Positions 20,896-31,215 of a DNA stretch of 64,000 nt are shown piece by piece. This stretch comes from Nitrospirales bacterium (lineage in GTDB: Bacteria; Nitrospirota; Nitrospiria; Nitrospirales; UBA8639), in NCBI GenBank assembly GCA_963422365.1, contig OY729426.1:480001-544000 (forward strand), read 5' to 3'. Position 1 is the first letter of the stretch. Each line of letters opens with the position of its first letter. The notes beneath the pieces are model-generated. The model was given only the letters and a program-made list of their open reading frames with translations. It made no database searches and was not told the origin of the DNA. The translations under genes and the position numbers were made by a program.

Positions 20896-23800
20896 ATGAC
20901 TGATTTTGTTCCGCGCACATGTACGGAAGTCGGGGAAGACGATGCCGGTGTTGGACACTCCTCCCTGTCTTTCGAGAAGTTTCGGAATATCGACGCTTAC
21001 GTACTGCTCGGCGCACCAGGCGCCGGCAAGACCACGGCGTTCAAACAAGAGGCTGATTGCCCAAAGGCGTGCTATATCACTGCCCGAGACTTCATCACGT
21101 TCGATGATCGCCCGGAATGGCATGACACGACGCTGTTTATTGACGGTCTCGACGAAATGCGGGCAGGATCGTCGGATGGACGCACACCACTGGACAGCAT
21201 ACGCAGAAAGCTCGACCAATTGGGTCGCCCACGGTTCCGGCTCTCCTGTCGTGAGGCCGACTGGTTCGGCGACAACGACAGAAACCATCTGAACGAGGTA
21301 TCGAGAAACGGCAAGGTCAAGGTTCTGCGCCTTGCTCCGCTCACCGAAGAGGACATTGACAAAATCTTGCGCGACGATCCGAAAGTCGATGACCCGGAAA
21401 AGTTCGTTCATGAAGCCCGCCGGCAAGGCTTGGAGACCCTGCTCACGAATCCGCAAAGCCTGCAGATGCTTGTTGACGCCGTAGGCGGTGGCACATGGCC
21501 GGACACGCGGAAAGAAACGTATGAGTCGGCGTGCCTCACACTCGCCGGCGAGTTCAATCAAGAACACAAACGGGCAACTCAGAGACAGGTCGATACGTCG
21601 GTGCTGTTGGACGCGGCTGGACGGCTTTGTGCCGTTCAACTCCTCGCCGGTCATGCGGGGTACGCTCTGATCGGTGACGCGAGCAACGACGAATATCCGG
21701 GATTGGAGCAAGTTCCCTTCGACAGGGAAAATGCCCGTCAAGCCGCGGTCAGGACCAAGATCTTCGAATCTCCAAGTGAAGGCCTCGCTGCCCCTGTTCA
21801 CCGACACATTGCCGAGTTCCTGGGCGGCCGATATCTTGGCAACTTGGTCCAAGACGGCTTACCGATCCGGCGTATTCTTGCTTTGATGACGGGTGCCGAC
21901 GGCGGTGTCGTGTCGGATTTGCGAGGTCTCTCGGCATGGCTCGCAACGCACAGCAGGACAAGCCGGATGGAAATCATCGCGCGGGACCCGATTGGAACCA
22001 TTCTCTACGGCGACGTCAGGGACTTCTCTGTCGACGAGAAGCGCAGGTTGATAAACGACCTAAATCATGAATCACAAAGGAATCCCTGGTTTTTCGACCA
22101 GTTGGAGAAGATGGATTCCGGTTTTGGTGATCTTGCGACACACGATATGGAGCCCACTTTCAGAGAAGCCTTGACAAGTCCAACACGGCACGAAACCCAC
22201 CAAGCACTTGTCGTGTGTCTGGTCGAAGCGCTTCGGCATGGGCAGGTCATTCCGGAGTTTGTGGAAGTTGTACTGGCCGTCGTCAGGGACGACAGTTGGT
22301 GGCCATGCATCAGGCATTGTGCCCTGGATACGATTCTTCATCAAAGAAAAAACGACCAGCAGACCGACGCCACGCTTCTGGCGTTACTGGCGGACGTGAA
22401 TGACGGCTTGGTGCCTGACCCGGACGATGAATTGCTAGGTCTATTGCTGAGCGAACTCTATCCTTCGAAGCTATCTGCATCGGAAATCCTTCAATATTTG
22501 CGAATACCCAAAAATAGAAAACTCGGTATGTATAGGTATTTTTGGAACAGCGTGGCAAGGAAATCGACAAACGCGCAGCTTACAGAACTCTTGGATATCC
22601 TCGTCGAGCGATCCGACGAATTGCTGGAGAAAATTCGGGTAAATCCTAGACCAAGCAACCCGGCATGCCGTCTCCCGTCGAGTTTGTTGGCTCGTTTTCT
22701 GAACACATCGCACGAAAATATCGCTCCCGACAGACTCTTCGATTGGTTAGGCGTCGCCGCATTGGATTTTGGCCCGTCCGATCATCTCGATCCTGAAGTA
22801 CCGAAGATGATGGATGGGCTGGCATCCCTGCAAGCGGTAGTCAAATATTACGAGCAACACGGATACGAACCTCCAGGCAACGCTACGCACGATATTGGTG
22901 TCTGGCTGAGCAACCACCCCACGATACAGAAAGAGATAGTTGCCATGTGCATCAAGCACTGTCGCGGGGAGCAACAGTTCGATTTATGCGTTGATATGAA
23001 GCACCGCAGGTTGTTTGACGCGACACTGCCACCTGATTTCGGATCCTGGTGCATCGAACAGGCAATCGCAACCGACGGGAATGCGGCCACCTATTACATC
23101 CACAGAGCCGCTAATGCCCTTGCTGACAATCGGCATGACGAACGGTTGACCAGGGAAATCGTGGAAGAGCGTCTCGCAACCCACCCGTCCCTTAAGCAGG
23201 CTTTCAGAGAACGCCTGTCCGAGCGCGAACGGCAGAACACCGAAGATACGTGCGCCAAAGAAGCGTGCAAAAAACGGGAAAGCCGGACACAGCAGGAATT
23301 TCGGGATCGCGTGAAGGAACACGTCGCGGCGCTACGCGAAAATCGATGTCAGCCGTGTCTGCTTGCCCAATTGGCTACAGCGTATTTCGGCGAATTTTTC
23401 GACATTGAGGGCAGCAACCCCAAGGACCGGCTATGCAACCTGCTCGGAAACGATACAGACTTGATTGAGATGGTTCTGGTCGGTCTTCGGGGAACAATAA
23501 GTCGAAACGATGTTCCGACCGATACCGAAATCATACGCCTCAGTGCCGGAAACATGAGGGACGTTCTGGAGCTTCCCTTCCTGGCCGGCCTAGAGGAACT
23601 CTTTGAAATTGAAGGAGAAAAGCCGCCACTCAACGAAAGGCAGATGAAGCAGGCCGTTGCTTTTTATTATCATAGTTGTCCGCTCCGCTATTATACTAGA
23701 GGCGAGAGTCCGCATTGGTATCGACGGTTGCTGGCCCACCATCCGGACATGGTGTCCGACGTGTTCATCAAGTTCGTTCGGTCAGAAATCCGGAGCGGGA

Positions 23801-25020
23801 AGAAACAGTTTCTCGAAGCCTTGAATCTCGCTTCCTCGAAGGAACACGAGGCAGTCGCCCGTCTGGCGTCTCTGTCCTTTTTAAAGATTTTTCCCGTGCG
23901 GTGTACGTCACCGCAACTTCGGTTGCTGAATGCTCTGCTCACGGCCGCGTTGCTTCATTGTGAGAAAGAGGCATTCGTAAACCTGATCGAACACAAACTC
24001 GCTCTCCGAAGCATGAACGTCGCTCAGCGCGTCTACTGGCTGGCCGCCGGACTTCTTGCCTCGCCCGCGTCGTACCGCGAAACGCTCAAGACGTCGGTAT
24101 CAGGCCACGAGCGACGAATTCGGCATCTGGCGGAATTGTTACCCGCTTGGACAACTTTGGTGTTTGAACGCCTTGATGTTCCGGAGTTGGCATTGCTGAT
24201 CCGACTGACAGGGGATTTCTGCCGACCTTTTTCCTCTTCGTCCGACTTTCATTCTTCGTCCGATTTCGTAACCGGACTCATCAAGCGACTTGCTTCCCTT
24301 CCATCCCCGGATGCGACGGCAGCGCTTGAATCGCTGTCATCCGATAATGCTCTGCATCCTTGGCGATCCACTTTCGTGAATGCGGCATATCGACAGAACG
24401 CGATCCGTCGCGAAGCGGGTTTCCGGCATAAGGATATCCAGACGGTGCTCCAGACCCTGGACAAGCGGAAACCCGCGAACGCCGCTGATCTAGAGGCCCT
24501 GACGACGGATATGTTGTCTGATATGGCCAGAAGGATCCGCGATGGGAACACTTCAGACTGGCGTCAGTATTGGAATATGCATTCCTCAAATAAGCCTGAG
24601 ACGCCTAAGCCTAAGCACGAAGACCTCTGCAGAGACGCGCTGTTGTCGGATTTACGACTCAAGCTGGATCCACTGGGAATCGACGCCCAGCCAGAGGGCC
24701 GCTACGCGGACGATAAACGGGCCGATATTCGCGTTACATATGGCAACTTCAACGTGCCTGTCGAGATCAAAAAGAGCAACCACCGTGAACTGTGGAGCGC
24801 GATCCGGGAGCAATTGATCAGAAAATACGCCCGGGATCCGGGCGCGGGTGGTTATGGCATCTATCTGGTGCTCTGGTTTGGCGAGCAAGACTGCCAAACA
24901 CCACCCGAGGGAGCACACCCTACAAGCGCGGACAAACTGCAAGAGCGTCTGCTGCACACACTCTCGGCGGATGAAAAGTTCAAAATATCGACCCGCGTCA
25001 TCGACGTCTCCAGACGTTGA
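20896..25020 (+). CDS. NACHT/STAND NTPase with C-terminal PD-(D/E)XK nuclease-like domain (candidate anti-phage NLR-like protein)
   Basis: Walker A GAPGAGKTT, Walker B LFIDGLDE, LSCR sensor, TNPQSL, HRHIAEFL winged helix, long helical region, C-terminal E..RD...RADI...VEIK...QL..KY. Confidence 0.8.
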   Translation: MTDFVPRTCTEVGEDDAGVGHSSLSFEKFRNIDAYVLLGAPGAGKTTAFKQEADCPKACYITARDFITFDDRPEWHDTTLFIDGLDEMRAGSSDGRTPLDSIRRKLDQLGRPRFRLSCREADWFGDNDRNHLNEVSRNGKVKVLRLAPLTEEDIDKILRDDPKVDDPEKFVHEARRQGLETLLTNPQSLQMLVDAVGGGTWPDTRKETYESACLTLAGEFNQEHKRATQRQVDTSVLLDAAGRLCAVQLLAGHAGYALIGDASNDEYPGLEQVPFDRENARQAAVRTKIFESPSEGLAAPVHRHIAEFLGGRYLGNLVQDGLPIRRILALMTGADGGVVSDLRGLSAWLATHSRTSRMEIIARDPIGTILYGDVRDFSVDEKRRLINDLNHESQRNPWFFDQLEKMDSGFGDLATHDMEPTFREALTSPTRHETHQALVVCLVEALRHGQVIPEFVEVVLAVVRDDSWWPCIRHCALDTILHQRKNDQQTDATLLALLADVNDGLVPDPDDELLGLLLSELYPSKLSASEILQYLRIPKNRKLGMYRYFWNSVARKSTNAQLTELLDILVERSDELLEKIRVNPRPSNPACRLPSSLLARFLNTSHENIAPDRLFDWLGVAALDFGPSDHLDPEVPKMMDGLASLQAVVKYYEQHGYEPPGNATHDIGVWLSNHPTIQKEIVAMCIKHCRGEQQFDLCVDMKHRRLFDATLPPDFGSWCIEQAIATDGNAATYYIHRAANALADNRHDERLTREIVEERLATHPSLKQAFRERLSERERQNTEDTCAKEACKKRESRTQQEFRDRVKEHVAALRENRCQPCLLAQLATAYFGEFFDIEGSNPKDRLCNLLGNDTDLIEMVLVGLRGTISRNDVPTDTEIIRLSAGNMRDVLELPFLAGLEELFEIEGEKPPLNERQMKQAVAFYYHSCPLRYYTRGESPHWYRRLLAHHPDMVSDVFIKFVRSEIRSGKKQFLEALNLASSKEHEAVARLASLSFLKIFPVRCTSPQLRLLNALLTAALLHCEKEAFVNLIEHKLALRSMNVAQRVYWLAAGLLASPASYRETLKTSVSGHERRIRHLAELLPAWTTLVFERLDVPELALLIRLTGDFCRPFSSSSDFHSSSDFVTGLIKRLASLPSPDATAALESLSSDNALHPWRSTFVNAAYRQNAIRREAGFRHKDIQTVLQTLDKRKPANAADLEALTTDMLSDMARRIRDGNTSDWRQYWNMHSSNKPETPKPKHEDLCRDALLSDLRLKLDPLGIDAQPEGRYADDKRADIRVTYGNFNVPVEIKKSNHRELWSAIREQLIRKYARDPGAGGYGIYLVLWFGEQDCQTPPEGAHPTSADKLQERLLHTLSADEKFKISTRVIDVSRR

Positions 25021-25136
25021 GAACTAATTGGGAAAGACCGTTTCAACGTCAAGTTCCCGTCGATATCCATCCGCGTGGGCTCTCGACGTCAATCGACACG
25101 GATGACCCGGACACAGCGTGATCGAGCTTCCCGCAG

Positions 25137-25649
25137 TTATGACACCTCTTCAATCTTCAGAAGATAGGTGATAATCTTGTCCAAGGCGCCGGCGGTGAGT
25201 TTGTGGCCGTACCACCGCGGCATGGCATGGTCGGGATACCCCTTTACAATATAGGCTCCTGGATTCAGAATGGATTCCTGCACGTATTCCCACTCGGTTT
25301 TGGCTTTCCCGTGATAGTTTGGATCGGTTAAACGCTGGAGGGCGGTCGTGCCCAATTCCAACTTCGGGCCTTCCCGCCCTTTGGCGACTCGAATGCCCGG
25401 AATCATGTGACAAGCGGCACACCCGGACTGGACAAAAATTTTGTCGATGGGTTCTTTTCCCGTAGCCAATGGAACATTGGCTTTATTCACCACCTTCACT
25501 GCCTCGTTCTTGGGTGTTTCGATTTTTTCCTCCTGGGGCTCAGGCTCCGGTTCAATGCGGTTGAGCGTCCAAAAGAATACCACACACATGAGCCCAACGA
25601 TGATGATCGTCTCTTTATCCCACCGAAACGGTCTCTTGTTCGCAGCCAC
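25137..25649 (-). CDS. Membrane-anchored monoheme cytochrome c
   Basis: TM segment, CAACH, GP.L, YVQESILNPGAYIV...MP. Confidence 0.88.
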   Translation of the reverse strand: MAANKRPFRWDKETIIIVGLMCVVFFWTLNRIEPEPEPQEEKIETPKNEAVKVVNKANVPLATGKEPIDKIFVQSGCAACHMIPGIRVAKGREGPKLELGTTALQRLTDPNYHGKAKTEWEYVQESILNPGAYIVKGYPDHAMPRWYGHKLTAGALDKIITYLLKIEEVS

Positions 25650-25783
25650 GTGACCGACCTCCGGATTCGTTCCGAGAGCGAGCCTTCCACCGCCGTATCT
25701 CTATCACAAATGTGGAGGACTCACCAACCAGGGAAACCTGGTGACGCATATTTTTTGGTAGACTGAAGACCAACCAACTTGAA

Positions 25784-26860
25784 ATGCGATTTTCTATGCG
25801 GCCGAACCATATTGTTCTCCCGTTCACTCCTCATCTTTGGCTGAAGAATCCTCATATCCAAACCCTGGCATCCCGGTATCGACGCAGGCCCCATCTCCTC
25901 GCTAATGTCCCGATTGAGGATCGCCTGTTCCAAGTCGACCTCCAATCGCAGCTCAAAGGCGTATGCAGTTGGCAACCGAACCGTCAGGCCCCCGGGCTCA
26001 TCCTGGTCCATGGGTTAGAGGGGTGCCATGACTCGCACTATATGCGAGGCATCGCTCACAAGGCTTGGCACGCCGGATTGAACGTCGTCCGCTTGAATCA
26101 ACGAAACTGCGCAGGCACCGAACACCTCACTCCCACTCTGTACCACGGGGGATTGAGCCAGGACGTTCGGGCCGTGGCCGACGAGCTCTTCAGAAAAGAT
26201 GGCATCCAGGCTCTCTGGGTCGCGGGGTATTCGATGGGTGGGAACCTGGTGTTGAAGATGGCAGGAGAGGCCAGGGAGACCTGTCCCGGTCTACGAGGTG
26301 TAGCTGCCGTCTGTCCCAACGTCCATCCCGCGGCTTGCGTGGCGGCTTTAGAGCAACGGCGAAACTGGATCTACCATCAACACTTTATGGTCAAGCTTAA
26401 AGCGCGACTCGAACGCAAGGCCAAATTCTTCCCAGGGAAATGGGACCTGTCCTTTTTGAAAAACGTCCGTACCTTATCTCAATTTGATGATGCGTACACG
26501 GCTCCCGATGGGGGCTACCGCAATGCGACAGACTATTACGAACAATCAGGATCCCGTCACGTGCTCGACTACATTCAAGTCCCAACCTTGCTCATCACGG
26601 CACAAGACGACCCCTTTGTTCCTTTTGCCTCGTTTGATATTCCTCGAATCCGTACCAATCCCTGGATTCAACTCATCAACCCCGCGCAGGGTGGCCACTG
26701 TGGTTTTCTCCAACAAGTACGTAAAAACGAAGACGTGCACTGGGCCGAAAATCGAATCGTTGAATTTATTCAACAGAATGAGAATCCGCCCGGCAGGTCG
26801 GGTTGGCAAAGCGTACCCGACAGCCTCACTCAGGATTGTCAATGTTCACGCATTTGTTGA
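25784..26860 (+). CDS. YheT-family alpha/beta hydrolase
   Basis: NPHIQT, HGLEG, GYSMGG nucleophile elbow, DDPF, GGHCGF. Confidence 0.9.
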   Translation: MRFSMRPNHIVLPFTPHLWLKNPHIQTLASRYRRRPHLLANVPIEDRLFQVDLQSQLKGVCSWQPNRQAPGLILVHGLEGCHDSHYMRGIAHKAWHAGLNVVRLNQRNCAGTEHLTPTLYHGGLSQDVRAVADELFRKDGIQALWVAGYSMGGNLVLKMAGEARETCPGLRGVAAVCPNVHPAACVAALEQRRNWIYHQHFMVKLKARLERKAKFFPGKWDLSFLKNVRTLSQFDDAYTAPDGGYRNATDYYEQSGSRHVLDYIQVPTLLITAQDDPFVPFASFDIPRIRTNPWIQLINPAQGGHCGFLQQVRKNEDVHWAENRIVEFIQQNENPPGRSGWQSVPDSLTQDCQCSRIC

Positions 26861-27088
26861 CAGAAGAGAGGGGCCATCCTTCGACAGACTCAGGGCAAGC
26901 TCTGAGCCGGAGGCGAAGAAGCTCTTGCTCAACCACCGAAGCCCTTGAAAAACCGATCCGTCGCTTCGTGAAGGATGCCACCCCGGCGTGTTGGCAGGAT
27001 GCTGGATTCCTGCTTCTCCCTAGCGGAAATTGTCAACGAATGCGTGAACACAGACAAGGATGACGGAAGGACGGCTCAGGACGACCAC

Positions 27089-28000
27089 TCAGGGGCTCAG
27101 GAACCGTTCCAGGGCTTCACGATACTTGGCACTCGTCTGCATGACGACCTTATCAGGCAAATAGGGCGGAGGCGGGGTTCGATCCCAACCCACAGAGTCC
27201 AGATAATCTCGAACAAATTGTTTATCAAAACTGGGTTGCGACTTCCCAGGCTCATAGTGCCATTTGGGCCAAAACCGCGACGAGTCCGGCGTGAGGACTT
27301 CATCGATGACCAAAAGCTGTTTTGTGTCCCGATGCAGTCCAAATTCAAATTTTGTATCGGCGATAAGAAGGTCACGCTCTTCGGCTAAGGCAGCCGCACG
27401 CTGATACAGCGTGATGCTGACCGTCTTGACGTGTTCCGCCAACTCTTCGCCAATACGGTTTTTCATTTTCTCATATGAAATATTTTCATCATGTCCTTCC
27501 GTGGCTTTGGTCGAAGGCGTGAACAAGGGTTCAGGGAATTGCTCTGATTCCCGCAAGCCCGCGGGGAGTGGCTGTTCACAGACGGTTCCCTGTTTTTGGT
27601 ATTCTTTCCACGCCGACCCGGAAAGGTACCCGCGCACAATACATTCCACGGGCAACGGTTCGGCTTTTTCCACAATCATACTGCGGCCCGCCAATAGCTT
27701 CACATGAGGTCGACACGAGTCGGGAAAGGCATCAGGGTTCATGGTTCGCAGATGATGCGGCACCAGACCGCCGTCCTGCCACAGGCGATCAAACCAGAAC
27801 TTCGACAGTTGCGTGAGCACAAAGCCTTTGCCGGGGATCCCTTCCGGCAAGACCACATCAAAGGCCGAAATTCGGTCGCTCGCAATCAACAGCAAGCAAT
27901 CGCCAAGGTCGTACATATCCCGCACTTTGCCCTGCCGCTTCCGACCAAGGCCGGTGAGGTTCGTTTCCAACACGGCTGGAGATGTCCACACGTCGCTCAT
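27089..28000 (-). CDS. purC: SAICAR synthase
   Basis: GKVRDMY, SDRISAFD, DTKFEFG, DEVLTPDSSRFW, SFDKQFVR. Confidence 0.97.
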   Translation of the reverse strand: MSDVWTSPAVLETNLTGLGRKRQGKVRDMYDLGDCLLLIASDRISAFDVVLPEGIPGKGFVLTQLSKFWFDRLWQDGGLVPHHLRTMNPDAFPDSCRPHVKLLAGRSMIVEKAEPLPVECIVRGYLSGSAWKEYQKQGTVCEQPLPAGLRESEQFPEPLFTPSTKATEGHDENISYEKMKNRIGEELAEHVKTVSITLYQRAAALAEERDLLIADTKFEFGLHRDTKQLLVIDEVLTPDSSRFWPKWHYEPGKSQPSFDKQFVRDYLDSVGWDRTPPPPYLPDKVVMQTSAKYREALERFLSP

Positions 28001-28268
28001 GATGCATGTTCCTTTTGTAGAAGAAGTGGATAAAACATCTAAAAGGGAAAACCAGAACTCTAGGTAAGCCGGTATGATGAGTCAACATCCGTTACCGGAC
28101 GGTCCTGATAACCGTTTGGAAGGCTCGACGATGACAGCGCAAGGAGAAATTGAGATTCCGTGCATTGAATATCCTTACTGAATACAGTACAGTTATCTTC
28201 AAGAAGAACATGCTGTCCTCTGCTAGAGAGCAGGCTACGGGACGGCACACAAGGGAGATTCTGCCATC

Positions 28269-28541
28269 ATGTCTGTTTTCGCTATCGTTCTCAAGAAAGC
28301 CAATGCCCAGGTAACGGAACAGATTGCCAAAGCCTATCCGGAGCATTATCAATATAGCAACACCTTCTTTCTCGTGGAGAGCGATACGCTTGCGGAAAGC
28401 TTTGCCGTCTCTGTCGGGATAAAAGGGGAACACCAGATCGAGTCGGCAAGTGGAGCGGTCTTTGAGCTGACTCAAGCCTATTCTGGCTATACCACACGCT
28501 CGCTGTGGGACTGGCTCAGCCGGACCGAGGACCGGGAATGA
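28269..28541 (+). CDS. Small hypothetical protein, possibly ferredoxin-like (Cas2/VapD-like) fold
   Basis: 90 aa, GGAG upstream, ends VFELTQAYSGYTTRSLWDWL; ATGA overlap with next gene. Confidence 0.6.
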   Translation: MSVFAIVLKKANAQVTEQIAKAYPEHYQYSNTFFLVESDTLAESFAVSVGIKGEHQIESASGAVFELTQAYSGYTTRSLWDWLSRTEDRE

Positions 28542-28783
28542 GTGCTCAGCATCTTCAATCCGTATCCGACAATGAAGAAGAACCGGAGGGCCCTGCAAGG
28601 TCAAGCCGGGGCAATGGCGGAAGCGACATTGAAAGGCGGCTCGCGGCACTCGAAACCCACATGCAATACCTTGCCACCAAAGAGGACCTCCAAAAACTCG
28701 AAGTGTGGTTTCTGCAGGCTATGATCGGCGCAATGGTGGCGATTGTAAGTCTAACCATCGGAATCCTCAAGTTCTTCTTTTAA
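28538..28783 (+). CDS. Small coiled-coil protein with C-terminal TM (XhlA/CCDC90-like)
   Basis: GGSDIERRLAALE...LATKEDL + hydrophobic C-terminus. Confidence 0.65.
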   Translation: MSAQHLQSVSDNEEEPEGPARSSRGNGGSDIERRLAALETHMQYLATKEDLQKLEVWFLQAMIGAMVAIVSLTIGILKFFF

Positions 28784-29027
28784 CCGAATATTAAGATCCT
28801 ACATGTTGTGCATCCGTTGTTTGTGTGCCGTTGATGTCCAACAAGAGTGCAGAATTCATCGAGAATGTGGTTGCCTGCACTCTCCCTCGAATTTTTGGAG
28901 TGCCAAACCGCTACCGTTAACAGTCCCCATCCACCGACCGCTCCTACCCAGACAGGGTCCAACGGTTCACAAACAGGTTTCAACGTGTTCCCTTGATTCC
29001 TCGCAAGGGATGAGGTAGAAGATTTCT

Positions 29028-30449
29028 GTGGACCGAATCAGCGAGAGCCGTCACCATCAAACCCTTATGAGTCTTGAACCGCCAGCCTCAACGCACGAGT
29101 TCTTGCGGCACATCCATGATCCTTCCCAAAAAAAATATTTGGAAGAATGGCTGGACGTGCCCGCTCACATTCACCATGCGGCCTATCTCATGGCCGACCC
29201 TCCATTGGATCGCCCGCAAAGCCGGCAAGAATTTCAACAACTTCTCCAGTGCTTGGAGATTACCGAAGAGCACACGGTCATTCATGAAAAGTTCGGCTAT
29301 GGCACCAAACTCGCACCGAACGGCGATCGGTTGCTTCTCACGTGGGAAACCCACACCGAGTACTATAGTTACCAAGTGTGGCACATGCCCGACGATAAAT
29401 TGCAACCACTTGGATTCGGGCCACTCGCGTTTCCCGACTATGCCATGCCCTTCTCGCCGTTGGGTAGTGAAGTCAACGCATTGGATATCCTGATCCTACC
29501 GCACACTAACCTGACGGTGAAAGAAGTGAAAAACGCCATGCCCGGGCCACAGATTTACGGTAACCGCATCTTTGGGCGAGACCTTTCCGTCATGACGACC
29601 TACACGCCTGACGAATATCAGCGGGAACGCTATCTCATCATGTCGCCATCGTATGACGTATTGCTCGGTCAATTGGGCCGCACGATCGATACGCTGGTCG
29701 CCGTCGAAAACTATACCCACTTGCTTCTCCTCCCACTTCAAGCCTTTGCGCAATCCGTGGACCAGGTGCATCACTATGAACAACGCCATTTGGAGCAACG
29801 CGAAATGATTACCGTACAAATAGAAGTCTCCACTCAGGAACAACTCCAGCACTGGCTCACCGTGATGACGCAAGATTTCATGAAAGTCAGTCGCATGGCC
29901 GAATCCATGCGGTACAAGCTTTCCGCTTCCGTGCCGTACGATCGCATCATTCGAGCCAACCTGACGTTACTGCAAGAACGAGCCCTGGAGGGCTGCCGAC
30001 CGATCTCCGAATACGTGGACGGAAAAACCATTGGGGTCGCCGAGGGGTACCAGCAACTCATCCGGCGAATCAATGCACTGGTAAATGATTTTCAAGGATC
30101 CATTGCGGTCATCCACACAAAGGTCGAACTCCAACTGCAAGACCAGAACCTCCAGCTTTTACGCAGCGTGGATAGAACGACGCGCAGCCAAGCGATTCTC
30201 CAGCACACAGTCGAAGGCTTATCGGTCATTGTGATTGCGTATTATCTCAGCGGCCTCGGAAGTTACGCGTTCAAGGCCCTGGAAACACTCGGCTGGCTTG
30301 ACAACCACGATGTGGCGTCGGGCCTGTTCGTGCCCATCTCGTTAGGCGTGGCATTCGGACTCATCGTGCTGGGCCGAACATTCATCTACAAACGCCACGT
30401 CGATGGTGTCGACACCGACCGGACCCCACGAACGCGAACGAGCCACTGA
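29028..30449 (+). CDS. DUF3422-family membrane-anchored protein
   Basis: WETHTEY, ENYTHLLL, LQHTVEGLSVIVIAYY, two C-terminal TMs. Confidence 0.8.
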   Translation: MDRISESRHHQTLMSLEPPASTHEFLRHIHDPSQKKYLEEWLDVPAHIHHAAYLMADPPLDRPQSRQEFQQLLQCLEITEEHTVIHEKFGYGTKLAPNGDRLLLTWETHTEYYSYQVWHMPDDKLQPLGFGPLAFPDYAMPFSPLGSEVNALDILILPHTNLTVKEVKNAMPGPQIYGNRIFGRDLSVMTTYTPDEYQRERYLIMSPSYDVLLGQLGRTIDTLVAVENYTHLLLLPLQAFAQSVDQVHHYEQRHLEQREMITVQIEVSTQEQLQHWLTVMTQDFMKVSRMAESMRYKLSASVPYDRIIRANLTLLQERALEGCRPISEYVDGKTIGVAEGYQQLIRRINALVNDFQGSIAVIHTKVELQLQDQNLQLLRSVDRTTRSQAILQHTVEGLSVIVIAYYLSGLGSYAFKALETLGWLDNHDVASGLFVPISLGVAFGLIVLGRTFIYKRHVDGVDTDRTPRTRTSH

Positions 30450-30476
30450 CGACTTTTCAAGAATCACCAAACCGTC

Positions 30477-30848
30477 ATGCGTTCGCCTACCCCCTGTCCC
30501 TCGTCTCCCAATTGTGTGACCTCGACCGGTGACGCCGATCAAGACCATTTTGTCGCTCCCCTGCGCTATCGAGATACACGCGAAGAAGCCCAAGCACGAC
30601 TGTTGACCGTCTTGAACGCCATGCCGCGGACACGGGTTGTGACGGACGAGTCGGGGTATCTGCATGCCGAATGCACCTCGCTCGTGTTTCGCTTTGTTGA
30701 CGACGTGGAATTCTGGTTTGATCAACGCGAATCCCTCGTTCACGTGCGATCCGCCTCCCGCATCGGGCACTCGGACCTCGGGGTCAACCGACGACGGATC
30801 GAACACATTCGAAACCAGTTCTCATTCACGTCCCTTCCAAAGCCGTAG
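30477..30848 (+). CDS. DUF1499 protein
   Basis: PCPSSPNCVTS, FRFVDDVEF, RSASRIGHSDLGVNRRR. Confidence 0.88.
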   Translation: MRSPTPCPSSPNCVTSTGDADQDHFVAPLRYRDTREEAQARLLTVLNAMPRTRVVTDESGYLHAECTSLVFRFVDDVEFWFDQRESLVHVRSASRIGHSDLGVNRRRIEHIRNQFSFTSLPKP

Positions 30849-31106
30849 AGGGTCATGCCGTGCCGGTTTACGGAATCGGCACGCACCCGCATTCCCCTGA
30901 GAAATACATGTCGAGATCGAGATTCTCTCCGAATTTCACACAACTCAGAATGAGTGGCATGGCCGCCTTTGGAAGAAGACGGTTCATGCAGGACCCGTCT
31001 ACGTAATCGGCGGAACGGGCAGGACCAAACCATTCATTCTGAATCCCCTCCATCACCACCACATTTTCTTTTGCATCCTCGGATAATTTACGACTCCTTG
31101 ATTCCT

Positions 31107-31128
31107 CTGTAACGCCATCGTAACAAAC
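31107..31128 (+). promoter_or_regulatory. Pho-box-like direct repeat upstream of porin
   Basis: ctGTAACgcca tcGTAACaaac, 11-bp period. Confidence 0.6.
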
Positions 31129-31215
31129 ATTTTCTAAATTTTGTCCTGCATAAATGACAAGACGCAGGGCGATATTTCCATACGATTGACCATTCATTCG
31201 AGAGGAGATTGTCTT

